Shown one piece after another: positions 9,048 to 19,537 of a stretch of 64,000 nt of DNA (positions within the stretch are counted from its first letter, which is position 1; the number at the start of each line of letters is the position of its first letter). Origin of the DNA: Nostoc sp. DedSLP01 (lineage in GTDB: Bacteria > Cyanobacteriota > Cyanobacteriia > Cyanobacteriales > Nostocaceae). The notes beneath the pieces were generated by a model. The model had not been told where the DNA came from. It searched no databases and worked only from the letters and a program-made list of their open reading frames with translations. The stretch lies in NCBI GenBank assembly GCA_034530875.2, contig JAVRCJ020000026.1:1-64000 (forward strand). Direction: 5' to 3'. Both the position numbers and the translations under genes were made by a program.

Positions 9048-11195
9048 TTAGCTCAGGAAGTTTGGTTTAGCAGGGCCACCATTTCTACCAATAGCAGGAA
9101 GTTCCAGTAGGCTATCTGTAGCATTGCCGGTACCGTCGTTGGTAACTTTTGTAGTGTCACCCGGATGTCCGTTAGGGATAAACAGCTGCGGATGGTCAAA
9201 AGGCGCTCTTTCGTACCGAACTCGGTCATCAGTTAGCGACTTCAAAAAAGCGACCAATTGCTGCTTTTCTTCTTGTGAAAGATTCAGGGAGGGAAGAGCT
9301 CCAAAGTCACCACCGCGATTGTAAAAATCAATCACTTGCTCTAAAGTCGCCTGACCTCCATTGTGGAAGTAGGGAGCAGTGAGTTCCACATTGCGAAGTC
9401 CAGGAGCTTTGAAAGCTCCGTCTGCAACCACAGCTTCTGTAGTCTGCAAGGGTGGATTGAGAGTGGGGGGGTTGTCGCCAAGGAGAACCTGAAATTTACC
9501 CAACTGAGCCAATCGTGCCTCTGACAGGGGATTGCCTTGACCGTTACCAAACAAACCGTCATTACCACCCAAACCGAGGTCATCGGTTTTCGGTCTAACA
9601 CCAATGTTGAAGAAGCCATTATCTTCAGGGCTTTTTGAACCGAACGGTGCGCGTTTGAGTCGTCCGTTTTTATTCACATTGCTCACTGAAGCAGTGGTGA
9701 ATTCTGGTGCAACGTGACAACCAGCGCACAAAGCTTTGCCCTCAAACAGTTGTTTGCCTAGTTGCTGCTGCTGGGTGAGTTCAGCGGTCTTGCCTTCCAA
9801 AAAGCGATCGTAAGGTGTATCATCAGAAACCAGCGTCGCCTCGTACAACTGAACTGCCAGACCGAAGAATAGCGAGAAGTTGTACTCCATTAATGTGTAC
9901 TCATTAGTGTCCAAGGAGCGATCGGGCTTTTTGACAAAAGTCCGTCTACCTTGAGCATCAACTTGGATCAGCTGGTTAGACTTCCACCACTCTGGCTTAA
10001 AGGCATCTTGAATCATGCGATCGTAAGTTCTATCTTTGAGTCCAGGTTTAGGCCATCTACTATCTGCACCTAAAACGCTATCTTGTCGATGCACAAGCTG
10101 TTTACCTAGCGGTCTCAGAGGAAATAACTTTTTCGCAAGTTTTCGGGGTAACTTTCTACCCCTACTAAGGCTCAGAGATCTTCTGTCACCTTTGCTGAGC
10201 TTATCACCAATTTCTTGGAAAGTCCGACCATCAGCAGATACTTCAAAGGAACTGAGTGGTGGCCCGACTGCTTGAGAAGCTAAAGATGCATTATTCAGGC
10301 TGATTTTGACAAATTTGGGCTTATTTGGAGTTTCTGCCTTGACAACAGAAGCGTTAGGGTCTCTCAAACCGAAAGGATTCACTCCATTAAAGATGTTCTG
10401 GGCCCTTCCGTCCCAGAAGTTGCGGAAGTTAAATACTGCATTAATTACGCTTGGAGTGTTACGCGACTGGACGCGCCGCACATTTACGCCTCCCACGTTA
10501 AACACCGGATCTGGTTCAGTTGTTACTTGGTCTTGTGCGCTACCAGGTACGACATCAACAAACTTAGTATTAGTAACTCCCTGAGAAGAACTGACATCAT
10601 TGCGATCGGAGATAACGCTGTTAGGATCGTTCGGATCTGATAGCTTATGAAAAGGAAAATCCTCTGGCTTGAGTTGGTAGTTAGGGAAACCACCAACGTT
10701 AAAAACGGTGTCTGGATTCGCTGTACCATCAGCGTTAACTCGTAAAAGCCCAGGAGCAATCTGATTTTTGGATCTGTTGTCGGCTCCTGCATGGAAGTGA
10801 CATGTAGCACAGGAGGTTATGCCATCGCTACCAACCTGCATATCCCAAAATAAAGCTTTTCCTAGCTTGATAGCAGCTGCTTTATTTTTTACGAACTCTG
10901 CAAGATTATCAGGTTCTGGAACCGATACTCTTTTGAGAGAAACTACAGTCGAGTTGCTAATTTGCGCTGATACAGTATTTCCGCCAATTACTGCTACCAT
11001 CACTATGGCGGCAATTACTATAGTTTTAGAAAATCTGGATCTTAGAAGGATAAGCTTGCGAGATGTGTATCCTCCTGTTCGCTGATTGATGTCAACCGTT
11101 AATTTAGGCAAACATCGATCGCTTGAGCTGACTAGTAAATATACTGGCAAGCTAGTTAAAACTATTGCCAGTAATATTATGGATATAATTACCAT
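9048..11195 (-). CDS. Di-heme cytochrome c peroxidase (MauG/CcpA family)
   Basis: CATCH and CAGCH heme motifs, NFWDGRA, LRNVELTAPYFHNG. True start may be downstream of 11195. Confidence 0.9.
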   Translation of the reverse strand: MVIISIILLAIVLTSLPVYLLVSSSDRCLPKLTVDINQRTGGYTSRKLILLRSRFSKTIVIAAIVMVAVIGGNTVSAQISNSTVVSLKRVSVPEPDNLAEFVKNKAAAIKLGKALFWDMQVGSDGITSCATCHFHAGADNRSKNQIAPGLLRVNADGTANPDTVFNVGGFPNYQLKPEDFPFHKLSDPNDPNSVISDRNDVSSSQGVTNTKFVDVVPGSAQDQVTTEPDPVFNVGGVNVRRVQSRNTPSVINAVFNFRNFWDGRAQNIFNGVNPFGLRDPNASVVKAETPNKPKFVKISLNNASLASQAVGPPLSSFEVSADGRTFQEIGDKLSKGDRRSLSLSRGRKLPRKLAKKLFPLRPLGKQLVHRQDSVLGADSRWPKPGLKDRTYDRMIQDAFKPEWWKSNQLIQVDAQGRRTFVKKPDRSLDTNEYTLMEYNFSLFFGLAVQLYEATLVSDDTPYDRFLEGKTAELTQQQQLGKQLFEGKALCAGCHVAPEFTTASVSNVNKNGRLKRAPFGSKSPEDNGFFNIGVRPKTDDLGLGGNDGLFGNGQGNPLSEARLAQLGKFQVLLGDNPPTLNPPLQTTEAVVADGAFKAPGLRNVELTAPYFHNGGQATLEQVIDFYNRGGDFGALPSLNLSQEEKQQLVAFLKSLTDDRVRYERAPFDHPQLFIPNGHPGDTTKVTNDGTGNATDSLLELPAIGRNGGPAKPNFLS

Positions 11196-11466
11196 AGTTT
11201 TTGGCTATAAATCAATCCCGCAATAAATTATACTTTTTTCAAAAACCCAAAAATTTATTATTTACGTAAACTAATTAATAATTTTTTGTAAATAAAAATG
11301 CTATGGGAGAAAATTAATTTGAGTAGACTAAATATATTTTTTTATATGAAGTTTATATAAAATAGTGCTTGATATGCTTATCCAGTAAGAATTTGATACA
11401 ATTTAAGATATGTAAAGAAAATATGTTTTAAGATAATATCTCTCCTAGTTTTGCTAGCACATTTTA

Positions 11467-12390
11467 ATGTCACTACATCAAACTTCTGGTCGTTGGCGTT
11501 TAGGATTAGCGTTATCGCTGTTAACAGTGTTGTTGTGGGGAATTTTACCTATCGCTCTGACAGTAGCTGTGCAAGCAATTGATATTTATACAGTAATTTG
11601 GTTTCGCTTTTTGGTATCATTTTTACTGTTGTATATATATTTAGGAATACGTGGCAACTTACCAAAGTTAGAACAATTGGGTTCCGATTGTGGGAAATTA
11701 TTAGCGATCGCTACAGTCTTCCTAGCGATGAATTACTTCTTGTTTATGCAGGGTTTGGCATTAACCTCACCAGCTAATGCTGAAGTTCTGATTCAATTAT
11801 CTACCCTGTTATTGGGTTTGGGCGGTTTATTAATTTTTCACGAACGTTATCGGCTGTATCAATGGATTGGCGTAAGCGTACTGACTTGCGGTTACTTATT
11901 GTTTTTTCGGGAACAGCTAAGGAATTTAATTACAGCGCATAATACTTACATACTAGGTAGTGTTTTGATTGTGCTAGCCGCAACAGCATGGGCTATTTAT
12001 GCTTTAGCACAAAAGCAATTATTACAATCTTTATCTTCCAGTCATATTATGCTGATTATTTACGGAGGTTGTGCTTTATTATTGACGCCTGTAGCGAGAG
12101 TAAAATCAGTTTTTACACTTGATGCTTTACACTTAGGAGTGTTGATTTTTTGTGCGTTGAATACCCTAATTGCCTACGGTGCTTTTGCTGAATCATTAGA
12201 ACATTGGGAAGCATCGCGAGTCAGTGCAATATTAGCTTTAGCCCCTATTGTGACTTTAATATTAGTTGCTGTTATTTCTGCGATCGCACCTGATTTGATA
12301 CCGCCAGAACGCTTCACTTTTCTAGGAATATTGGGAGCAGGTTTAGTAGTTATAGGTTCAGTGGCGATCGCTTTGGGAAAAACTGATTAA
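11467..12390 (+). CDS. DMT/EamA family transporter
   Basis: About 10 hydrophobic segments arranged as two EamA repeats. Confidence 0.85.
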   Translation: MSLHQTSGRWRLGLALSLLTVLLWGILPIALTVAVQAIDIYTVIWFRFLVSFLLLYIYLGIRGNLPKLEQLGSDCGKLLAIATVFLAMNYFLFMQGLALTSPANAEVLIQLSTLLLGLGGLLIFHERYRLYQWIGVSVLTCGYLLFFREQLRNLITAHNTYILGSVLIVLAATAWAIYALAQKQLLQSLSSSHIMLIIYGGCALLLTPVARVKSVFTLDALHLGVLIFCALNTLIAYGAFAESLEHWEASRVSAILALAPIVTLILVAVISAIAPDLIPPERFTFLGILGAGLVVIGSVAIALGKTD

Positions 12391-12921
12391 AGAATTCAGA
12401 ATGGACTACGCCCCGCTACGCTAACAGGAGCCAGAATTCTGAATGTAAAAAAATAAACAGTAAATTTGTTTACTTTCAATAAAATCATACTTAAGTTAGA
12501 AAAGCCTCAATTCTGTCTTAAAAAATTGTGATAGTTAGTAGGAATTATTTTCAAAAATTTTGGCTTTTTTATAGTAAAGTTGTGGCATATTCAAAGTTAC
12601 AACATAGATACTGAGGCAGAATATTTTTTGAGTTGTTATGATTTTCTAGTGAAGGCAAACTACTGAAGTCATACTTTGTAAAATCGATACTTTTCCCACA
12701 ATTTTGACTTTATACTATCTAATTTGTTCGATTTATAGCTAACAAAAAATTTTGGAAGTAGAATTTCCAAGGCAGAATCAATAGTGACTATCAAATCATT
12801 GTGAATTCTGACTTCGCACTTCTGAATTCTAATTTCTGAATTCTTTTGTAAACTAAGCAGGGCGCCGAATAACTACCAAAGCCAACACGTGACAAAATCA
12901 GACCACCGAAACAGTTGAGCG

Positions 12922-14637
12922 ATGAATAGTTTGTTTGGTAATTGGGCTAGCACCCTGAGAAAAAATTTCTTATTGCTGGTTCTTTCAATGGTGCTGCCAA
13001 CGTTTGGAATTAGTAATTCTGTGTTGGCAGCAGAACGCATTTATGCATCTTATTCTGCTCTAGAGCTTTCGATTTCAGTGACAGCTTTAGAAAACTATGC
13101 CAAAACAGGTATTATCGATCATGAATTGGCAGCATATCAACCATATTTACCTCTGGAAAAGCTTGAAGAATTGCGGCAGATTTTACTCAATCGCGTGAAA
13201 GTTAGTCCGGTAGTAGTTTCGCAATTTCTCTACACATCCCAAGGAGAATTTTTACTGCATCGGTTAGCGCAAGCGATTAAAACTAAATCTCATCAGCCAG
13301 AAACAGAATTTGATAGTTTGCGTTCGGCGTTAATTTTAGCCTCTGGCGAATCGGAAGGTCTAACACTTTTAAATGTGTTGCGTAAGTATCCTAGCACCAA
13401 CATTCGCCTTGATGTAGCGCAGACTTTGGGAATAGCGGCAGAACTGGACGCACTTGTTAATCAAACTAACCGAGCGATCGCGGCAATTTCTCAAAAGTCA
13501 AAAATAGAAGCTGATAGCATTCAAAAATCCAATTTATCACTTTTACCAAATTTACAAATACCGGGAAAGTTGAAGTCACAAAAATATACTTTAAAGTTTT
13601 TTGACTCAAAACGCGATCGCCTTTTATTAACTGATGTCTATATTCCCAAAATTCCAACTCCTGCACGTGTAATTGTAATTTCTCACGGCTTGGGTTTAGA
13701 CAGCAGTAACTTTCAATATTTAGCGGCTCATTTAGCTTCGTATGGATTTGCTGTAGCTGTTCCCAATCATCCTGATAGCGATACTAAAAAATTGCGTTCC
13801 CTATTGAATAAACACGCCAACGAACTAGCACAAACAAATGAATTTCAAGACCGACCTTTAGATGTTACATACATCCTCAATCAATTGCAAAAAGCTAACC
13901 AATTTGATTCGCGGTTTAAAAATCGTTTAAATGTGCAAAACGTTGGCGTATTTGGTCAATCTTTGGGAGGCTACACAGCCTTAGCCTTGGCAGGCGCTAA
14001 AATTAACTTTCACAAGCTCAAACAAGACTGTCAACTAACAGGACTGAAAAAAACCTGGAATATGTCTTTGCTGCTTCAGTGTGGCGCTTTGGAATTAAGT
14101 ATTCGTCACTCTGGCAAGGATTATAACTTGCGAGATGAGAGAGTCAAAGCAGCGATCGCAGTTAATCCAATTACCAGTTCTATTTTCGGTGAAGCTGGCT
14201 TAAATCAAATTAAAACTCCAGTGATGATTGTCAGCAGTAGCGATGATACTGTTGCACCAGCTTTATCAGAGCAAATTTTACCTTTCTCTTGGCTGGCGAA
14301 TTCACAAAAATATCTTGTCATGCTTGTTGGTGGTACTCACTTTTCCACAATTGGTAACGGTAACCCTGCAAATCAGCAAGTACGATTACCTGCTGAGATG
14401 ATTGGCGATGCTTCTCAAGCGCGTCGTTACATGAATGTTTTAAGTTTGCCTTTCTTTGAAACTTATATTGCAGGAAAATCACAATACATTCCTTATCTCA
14501 ATGCTAGGTACACTCAAAGTATATCTAGTAAGTCTCTTGGTTTGAGTCTCGTTAAGTCGTTGAATACAACTGAATTAGCACAAATGTTGGATATGAAAGG
14601 AGGTCAACCCTTAAAAAAAAAGTTCCTAACACCATAG
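12922..14637 (+). CDS. DUF1400 + alpha/beta hydrolase
   Basis: AAERIYASY N-terminal domain, VISHGLG, GQSLGG nucleophile elbow, GGTHFS. Confidence 0.85.
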   Translation: MNSLFGNWASTLRKNFLLLVLSMVLPTFGISNSVLAAERIYASYSALELSISVTALENYAKTGIIDHELAAYQPYLPLEKLEELRQILLNRVKVSPVVVSQFLYTSQGEFLLHRLAQAIKTKSHQPETEFDSLRSALILASGESEGLTLLNVLRKYPSTNIRLDVAQTLGIAAELDALVNQTNRAIAAISQKSKIEADSIQKSNLSLLPNLQIPGKLKSQKYTLKFFDSKRDRLLLTDVYIPKIPTPARVIVISHGLGLDSSNFQYLAAHLASYGFAVAVPNHPDSDTKKLRSLLNKHANELAQTNEFQDRPLDVTYILNQLQKANQFDSRFKNRLNVQNVGVFGQSLGGYTALALAGAKINFHKLKQDCQLTGLKKTWNMSLLLQCGALELSIRHSGKDYNLRDERVKAAIAVNPITSSIFGEAGLNQIKTPVMIVSSSDDTVAPALSEQILPFSWLANSQKYLVMLVGGTHFSTIGNGNPANQQVRLPAEMIGDASQARRYMNVLSLPFFETYIAGKSQYIPYLNARYTQSISSKSLGLSLVKSLNTTELAQMLDMKGGQPLKKKFLTP

Positions 14638-14759
14638 TCAGCTTCGGATTTTGGATGCTGGATATTGGTGTTTCATTACTGAATGTGATGATTTTTATTT
14701 GATTTTTCGGAGTTGCTGATTTTATAGATGAAAAAGATTTTGCATAATATCAAAATCCT

Positions 14760-14790
14760 TGTAGAGACGTTGCATTGCAACGTCTCTACA
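14760..14790. repeat. Short palindromic dispersed repeat / possible terminator at the array end
   Basis: TGTAGAGACGTTGCA-T-TGCAACGTCTCTACA. Confidence 0.6.
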
Positions 14791-14833
14791 TATCGATTCA
14801 TACTGCAATTCAGCAATACCGATTTTTCAATAC

Positions 14834-16260
14834 ATTTTAATCACTATAGGGATTAAATGAAATTTCAACGGTCATTAGGTGTGCCACCATCATCTAACAG
14901 TTTGTGGTTTCAATCCCTAATAGGGATTAAGTGAAATTTCAACCCTTTTGGGCTAGGATCTGCCAGTAAGCTGTATTTACGTTTCAATCCCTAATAGGGA
15001 TTAAGTGAAATTTCAACTAGGTATGTGCGCTTGGGTAAGTTCGCCATCGATCGTTTCAATCCCTAATAGGGATTAAGTGAAATTTCAACAAGCTTCCCTG
15101 TGACCGTTCCCCAAACGATGATTGTTTCAATCCCTAATAGGGATTAAGTGAAATTTCAACGTATCCGTTCTGTTTTAGGCATTAATTCGCACTGCTCGTT
15201 TCAATCCCTAATAGGGATTAAGTGAAATTTCAACGTGGTACTCCTCAGAGCCAACTACGGATTCTAGGGGTTTCAATCCCTAATAGGGATTAAGTGAAAT
15301 TTCAACGCAAGTAGTTTTACCTCTACTAAGCCATCAGATGTATGTTTCAATCCCTAATAGGGATTAAGTGAAATTTCAACTCTACTGGCAAGAGGTTACA
15401 AAGTAGGAATTGTTTCAATCCCTAATAGGGATTAAGTGAAATTTCAACTGGCGATCGCTTATTACCATAATCTAAGTAAATCGTTTCAATCCCTAATAGG
15501 GATTAAGTGAAATTTCAACCTAAATTAGGTATCAGAAACGAAGCATTCTATAAGATGAGTTTCAATCCCTAATAGGGATTAAGTGAAATTTCAACTCTGG
15601 GCGGTTAACCATGTGTCCATAGGTTTTAATGTTTCAATCCCTAATAGGGATTAAGTGAAATTTCAACCACGGGCGATTATTATGCAGTAGTTGAAGATGG
15701 CAGGTTTCAATCCCTAATAGGGATTAAGTGAAATTTCAACACACAATGCTACTAAATCATGCAAGTTTTGGTCTTCATGTTTCAATCCCTAATAGGGATT
15801 AAGTGAAATTTCAACGGGCGATCGCACTTATCGGGATAGACCCGATACTTTGTTTCAATCCCTAATAGGGATTAAGTGAAATTTCAACGTTGATTGCCTA
15901 TTTCATTATTAATGCAAGCTCTTTTGTGTTTCAATCCCTAATAGGGATTAAGTGAAATTTCAACGGTAACATACCGTTCTACACTTTTCAACGGTACAAC
16001 GTTTCAATCCCTAATAGGGATTAAGTGAAATTTCAACTATGGCAGGAAGTAAAAAATACTTCGTGTATACTACAAACGTTTCAATCCCTAATAGGGATTA
16101 AGTGAAATTTCAACGACGTCCAACTTTCTGGTAAATTTCGATGTCAACCAGTTTCAATCCCTAATAGGGATTAAGTGAAATTTCAACATTTTGAGTGCCC
16201 CTATAGGGATAGATTAATACAAAGTTTCAATCCCTAATAGGGATTAAGTGAAATTTCAAC
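14834..16260 (-). CRISPR. CRISPR array: 20 repeats (19 identical 37-mers + 1 degenerate trailer), 19 spacers of about 31-40 nt
   Basis: Repeat in transcribed sense GTTGAAATTTCACTTAATCCCTATTAGGGATTGAAAC, with an ATCCCT/AGGGAT hairpin and ATTGAAAC 3' handle. The degenerate copy at 14834-14869 marks the trailer end. Confidence 0.98.
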
Positions 16261-16485
16261 GGCGGGAGCCTGAAACACAGTCTATATTAGGTTTTCAAGG
16301 TTCTATAGCGCGGATGGGCTAATGATAACATGGGAAATTGAGATTGAGTATTAGGAAAATAGCCGAAAGCCAGTCTGTGTAAGGTGCGCGGGTACTTTCA
16401 AAACTATTTTCCCCAAAACTCTTGCTACAAGGGAATTTGAAGCTTGTGCGCCCAAATCTTGTTTTTAACACCTACCCATCCGCGC
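16261..16485 (-). promoter_or_regulatory. CRISPR leader
   Basis: Lies between cas2 and the first repeat; contains an 11-bp inverted repeat GCGCGGATGGG (16308-16318) / CCCATCCGCGC (16475-16485). Confidence 0.8.
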
Positions 16486-16759
16486 ATTCGGCGAAGAAAA
16501 TGGAATCGTCGCGAACTGGTTGGCCACCGATACGTTCTACTTTACCAAAACAGCAAGCACAGAGGAAATAAAAGCGAATATTGTCAGTGTCAGGTTTAAT
16601 CAATTTGTACAAACGCGATCGCAGTTTTGCATATTGAGTATCACTGAGTTGGCATTCAAACACACTGTACTGTACCCACTGTCCATAAGACTTGAGAATA
16701 TTATGGATTTTAGTACGGCGTTTATCTTCGGAAATATCATAAGACACAACAACATTCAT
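16472..16759 (-). CDS. cas2: CRISPR-associated Cas2
   Basis: VVSYDISEDKRR and QYSVFEC motifs. Confidence 0.97.
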   Translation of the reverse strand: MNVVVSYDISEDKRRTKIHNILKSYGQWVQYSVFECQLSDTQYAKLRSRLYKLIKPDTDNIRFYFLCACCFGKVERIGGQPVRDDSIFFAECADG

Positions 16760-16782
16760 AAGCTACTTTTCTTCTCCAGTTT

Positions 16783-17787
16783 CTACTTCAAAACTAATGG
16801 TGGATATTTTTCGGTTTCGCCCATCAAGTATTTTGCTAGTAATCGAGCCTGTAGTTCAAATGCTTCTTGGTAAGTGCATTTGCGTCCAAATACAGGATGT
16901 TTAAATTCTGATTGTTTCTTTTGTCCGTATAGTCGCAAAAATGTTTTTCGTCCTTCTGGAGTTAGGGAAACGGCTGCACTTAAGGGTTCGGTAACAAAAT
17001 CTGCCGTTATTAACAACTGTTTATTGATTGCAGACAATACAACTGCATCTACAATTAACGGGCGAAACTCTTCCATCAAGTCTAATGCTAGTGATGGCCT
17101 ACCGTAGCGATCGCAATGTAAATATCCTAAATATGGATCGAATCCTGCGATATTGACTGCACCTTGAATATCATGTCGTAATAATGAATAGCCAAAGCTG
17201 AGTAAAGAATTAACCGGATCGGTTGGAGGACGACGGACGCGACTGTTAAAAGTAAATTCTGTAGTCCGAATTAATTCATTGAAACAACCAAAATAAGCAG
17301 CACTTCCAGCACCTTCTAAACCGCGCAGTGAATTAATATTTTGGGTGGAATCGATTGGTGCGATCGCGTGTTCTAAACGCGTTAAATTTACAGATAAATC
17401 TAAATCTGCATTTTCACGTTGACGACGATTCAAGAGATTACGATAGTTTTTTAACTTCCCGCGCACAAAGCTTTGTACTACATGAATTGCTTGGGCTGAC
17501 TCGCCTGCTGCTTGCCATTGGGCTTTACGCACAAAGATATTTTTAGTCACTTCTGGTTCTATTCTTCCTAAATAACGGCCATTTTCTGTGAGGAAAGTAA
17601 CAGGTATATGTCGTTCTAGTAGTTCAGATATGACGGCTGGTGAAACAGTTGCGCGTCCTAAAACTACAACTCCATCTATCTTAATTAATGGAACATCTAA
17701 GATTGTCTTTTTCTCAAATTTGACGTGGAGTCGTTCGTCAACTTTTCCAATGAAAGCATCTTCTTGAGTAACGTATACTGTACCCAT
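16783..17787 (-). CDS. cas1: CRISPR-associated Cas1 (cyanobacterial I-D-like)
   Basis: LRGLEG, RRPPTDPVNSLLSFGY, GYLH and LALDLMEEFRP motifs. Confidence 0.97.
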   Translation of the reverse strand: MGTVYVTQEDAFIGKVDERLHVKFEKKTILDVPLIKIDGVVVLGRATVSPAVISELLERHIPVTFLTENGRYLGRIEPEVTKNIFVRKAQWQAAGESAQAIHVVQSFVRGKLKNYRNLLNRRQRENADLDLSVNLTRLEHAIAPIDSTQNINSLRGLEGAGSAAYFGCFNELIRTTEFTFNSRVRRPPTDPVNSLLSFGYSLLRHDIQGAVNIAGFDPYLGYLHCDRYGRPSLALDLMEEFRPLIVDAVVLSAINKQLLITADFVTEPLSAAVSLTPEGRKTFLRLYGQKKQSEFKHPVFGRKCTYQEAFELQARLLAKYLMGETEKYPPLVLK

Positions 17788-17925
17788 AATTACATCCTCA
17801 ATTAATTGTTGGTAAAAAAACTGGTATTTTAGACGCGATGATTTTTCAGACGCGATGAATCGCGTCTCTACAAGAGTATTTTTATGGTTGACTGAACGGT
17901 TTTACTCCTGAATTCTGAATTCTGA

Positions 17926-18519
17926 TTAATTCCCTTCTTGATAGCGTTGTAGTTTTTCTGTAGCTTGAGGTAAACACTGTGAATATAGGCTGCATCCTTC
18001 ACAACGTTTTGATTTGATAGCTTTGGGCATTGCGCCTGTAAATAGTAGTGTTTGTACAGCTTCAATAGTGGCGATCGCACTTTCACGTAATTCTTCAGAA
18101 ATCTCGACTAATTGCCGTTGGTGAGATTGTGCGTAGTAGATATAGCCAGTATTGATAACTTTACCTGTCATTTCTTCTAAACACAAAGCTTGGGCACAAA
18201 CTTGTAATTCATCGTTATCCCATTCGCCTTTACGTCCTCGCTTGTATTCGATTGGATAAAATTCTCCGTTTTCTGCTTCAATTAAATCTGATTTACCTAT
18301 TAATTTGTATTTTTCAGACTTCAGCCAAATTGCTCTGATTTGCCAAGTATCTTCACGTTGTCCTTCACCAACGGTATGAACGCGATCGTGTAAACTTGTA
18401 CCTTCAATTGTGTATTGATTATCAATAAACTCTCCTGCACAAAACATTCGCCAACAGCGATGCGAACAATAGCTGTATTGATTCAATGCAGCAATAAGAA
18501 TGTAATCACTTTCATTCAT
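17926..18519 (-). CDS. cas4: CRISPR-associated Cas4
   Basis: YCSHRC, GKSD..IEYK, QVCAQALCLE and the C-terminal C..C.....C Fe-S motif. Confidence 0.95.
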   Translation of the reverse strand: MNESDYILIAALNQYSYCSHRCWRMFCAGEFIDNQYTIEGTSLHDRVHTVGEGQREDTWQIRAIWLKSEKYKLIGKSDLIEAENGEFYPIEYKRGRKGEWDNDELQVCAQALCLEEMTGKVINTGYIYYAQSHQRQLVEISEELRESAIATIEAVQTLLFTGAMPKAIKSKRCEGCSLYSQCLPQATEKLQRYQEGN

Positions 18520-18594
18520 ATCTTTAACTCACTATTTCACACTTTGAAATCTCAAACTCCTACTCTCCGCGCCTCCGCGTCTCTGCGTGATAAT

Positions 18595-19410
18595 TCATAT
18601 TCGCCGTACTATTCCCATCCCCATCGTTGTTTTACGCCCCAACCCTGCATACAATGCAAAATCAGCCAAAGCATTAATTTGCTTAATTACTAAAGGTTCA
18701 ACCTCACCTAAAATTCGATAGCTAATGCTACCAACACAACCTATAAACTTACTCTCATAGTTGCTTATAACTTCGGTATTAATATCAAAAGCACTTGGAT
18801 AAACTGTTTCAATAGAAATACCAGATAACTCAATTCCACTGTATTTATTCCAACGACTCAGAAGGCTATTGAACACAGATTCCTTGATAGGGAGGACATT
18901 ATCATATCCACCTTGACGAAAGGATACAGGTGTAGCGAAGGTGAAATTGAGGGTGCGATCGCCATCGCTTGCTTGCTCGTACAATTGTGTATAACTGCAA
19001 GCATTAGCCCAAGGTTGCGTTGATTGCGGAGTACCTTGAATGCTGGTAATATCTAAGTTTGCAGAACCCAAATGCCAAGGGCGATCGGGATTAAGATTTA
19101 GCCAAAGTCCAGTTAATTTACTAAACAAAGTGTCATCGAGTAAAGAAATACGCCACCAGCAGGGGGTACCAGCCGGAATCGGCTTTTGATGACTAAATTG
19201 CAACGTCTGGTGATGTTTGTTTTGTCGTTGTATTTGCAATGGCGAGAGAGTGAAAGCTTTATCTGCATTAGAAGAGTGCAGATAGTGTGCCAAACTAGAA
19301 TCAACAGAATTGATGAGAGTGAGAAATAATGCGTGGTAGTGTCTCCCAGTAAGGAATTCCGGGTAAATCGAAGATTGGGGAATTAGGTTAAGGACGAGAC
19401 TGTAGGGCAT
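18595..19410 (-). CDS. cas6: CRISPR-associated endoribonuclease Cas6
   Basis: MPYSLVLNL, GRHYHALF and G-loop GLGRKTTMGMG. Confidence 0.95.
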   Translation of the reverse strand: MPYSLVLNLIPQSSIYPEFLTGRHYHALFLTLINSVDSSLAHYLHSSNADKAFTLSPLQIQRQNKHHQTLQFSHQKPIPAGTPCWWRISLLDDTLFSKLTGLWLNLNPDRPWHLGSANLDITSIQGTPQSTQPWANACSYTQLYEQASDGDRTLNFTFATPVSFRQGGYDNVLPIKESVFNSLLSRWNKYSGIELSGISIETVYPSAFDINTEVISNYESKFIGCVGSISYRILGEVEPLVIKQINALADFALYAGLGRKTTMGMGIVRRI

Positions 19411-19537
19411 ATTTATTCAGCTTTTTTGTAAACTGAGAGCTGCTATATTTAGGTAATAATTCAAAGAAAATTCCAATGTTAATAAAGCGAAAAGTTATAC
19501 ACTTCTTAAAGTATTGCTTTAGGTTTTATTACGAGCA

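Noticed and set aside
16038..16077. Spacer that reads as a protein N-terminus (MAGSKKYFVYTTN)
   Set aside because: Its source cannot be identified without a database search, and short open frames are common.
14870..16223. Self-targeting by main-array spacers within the window
   Set aside because: No match noticed by eye; this needs a real alignment, so nothing is claimed.
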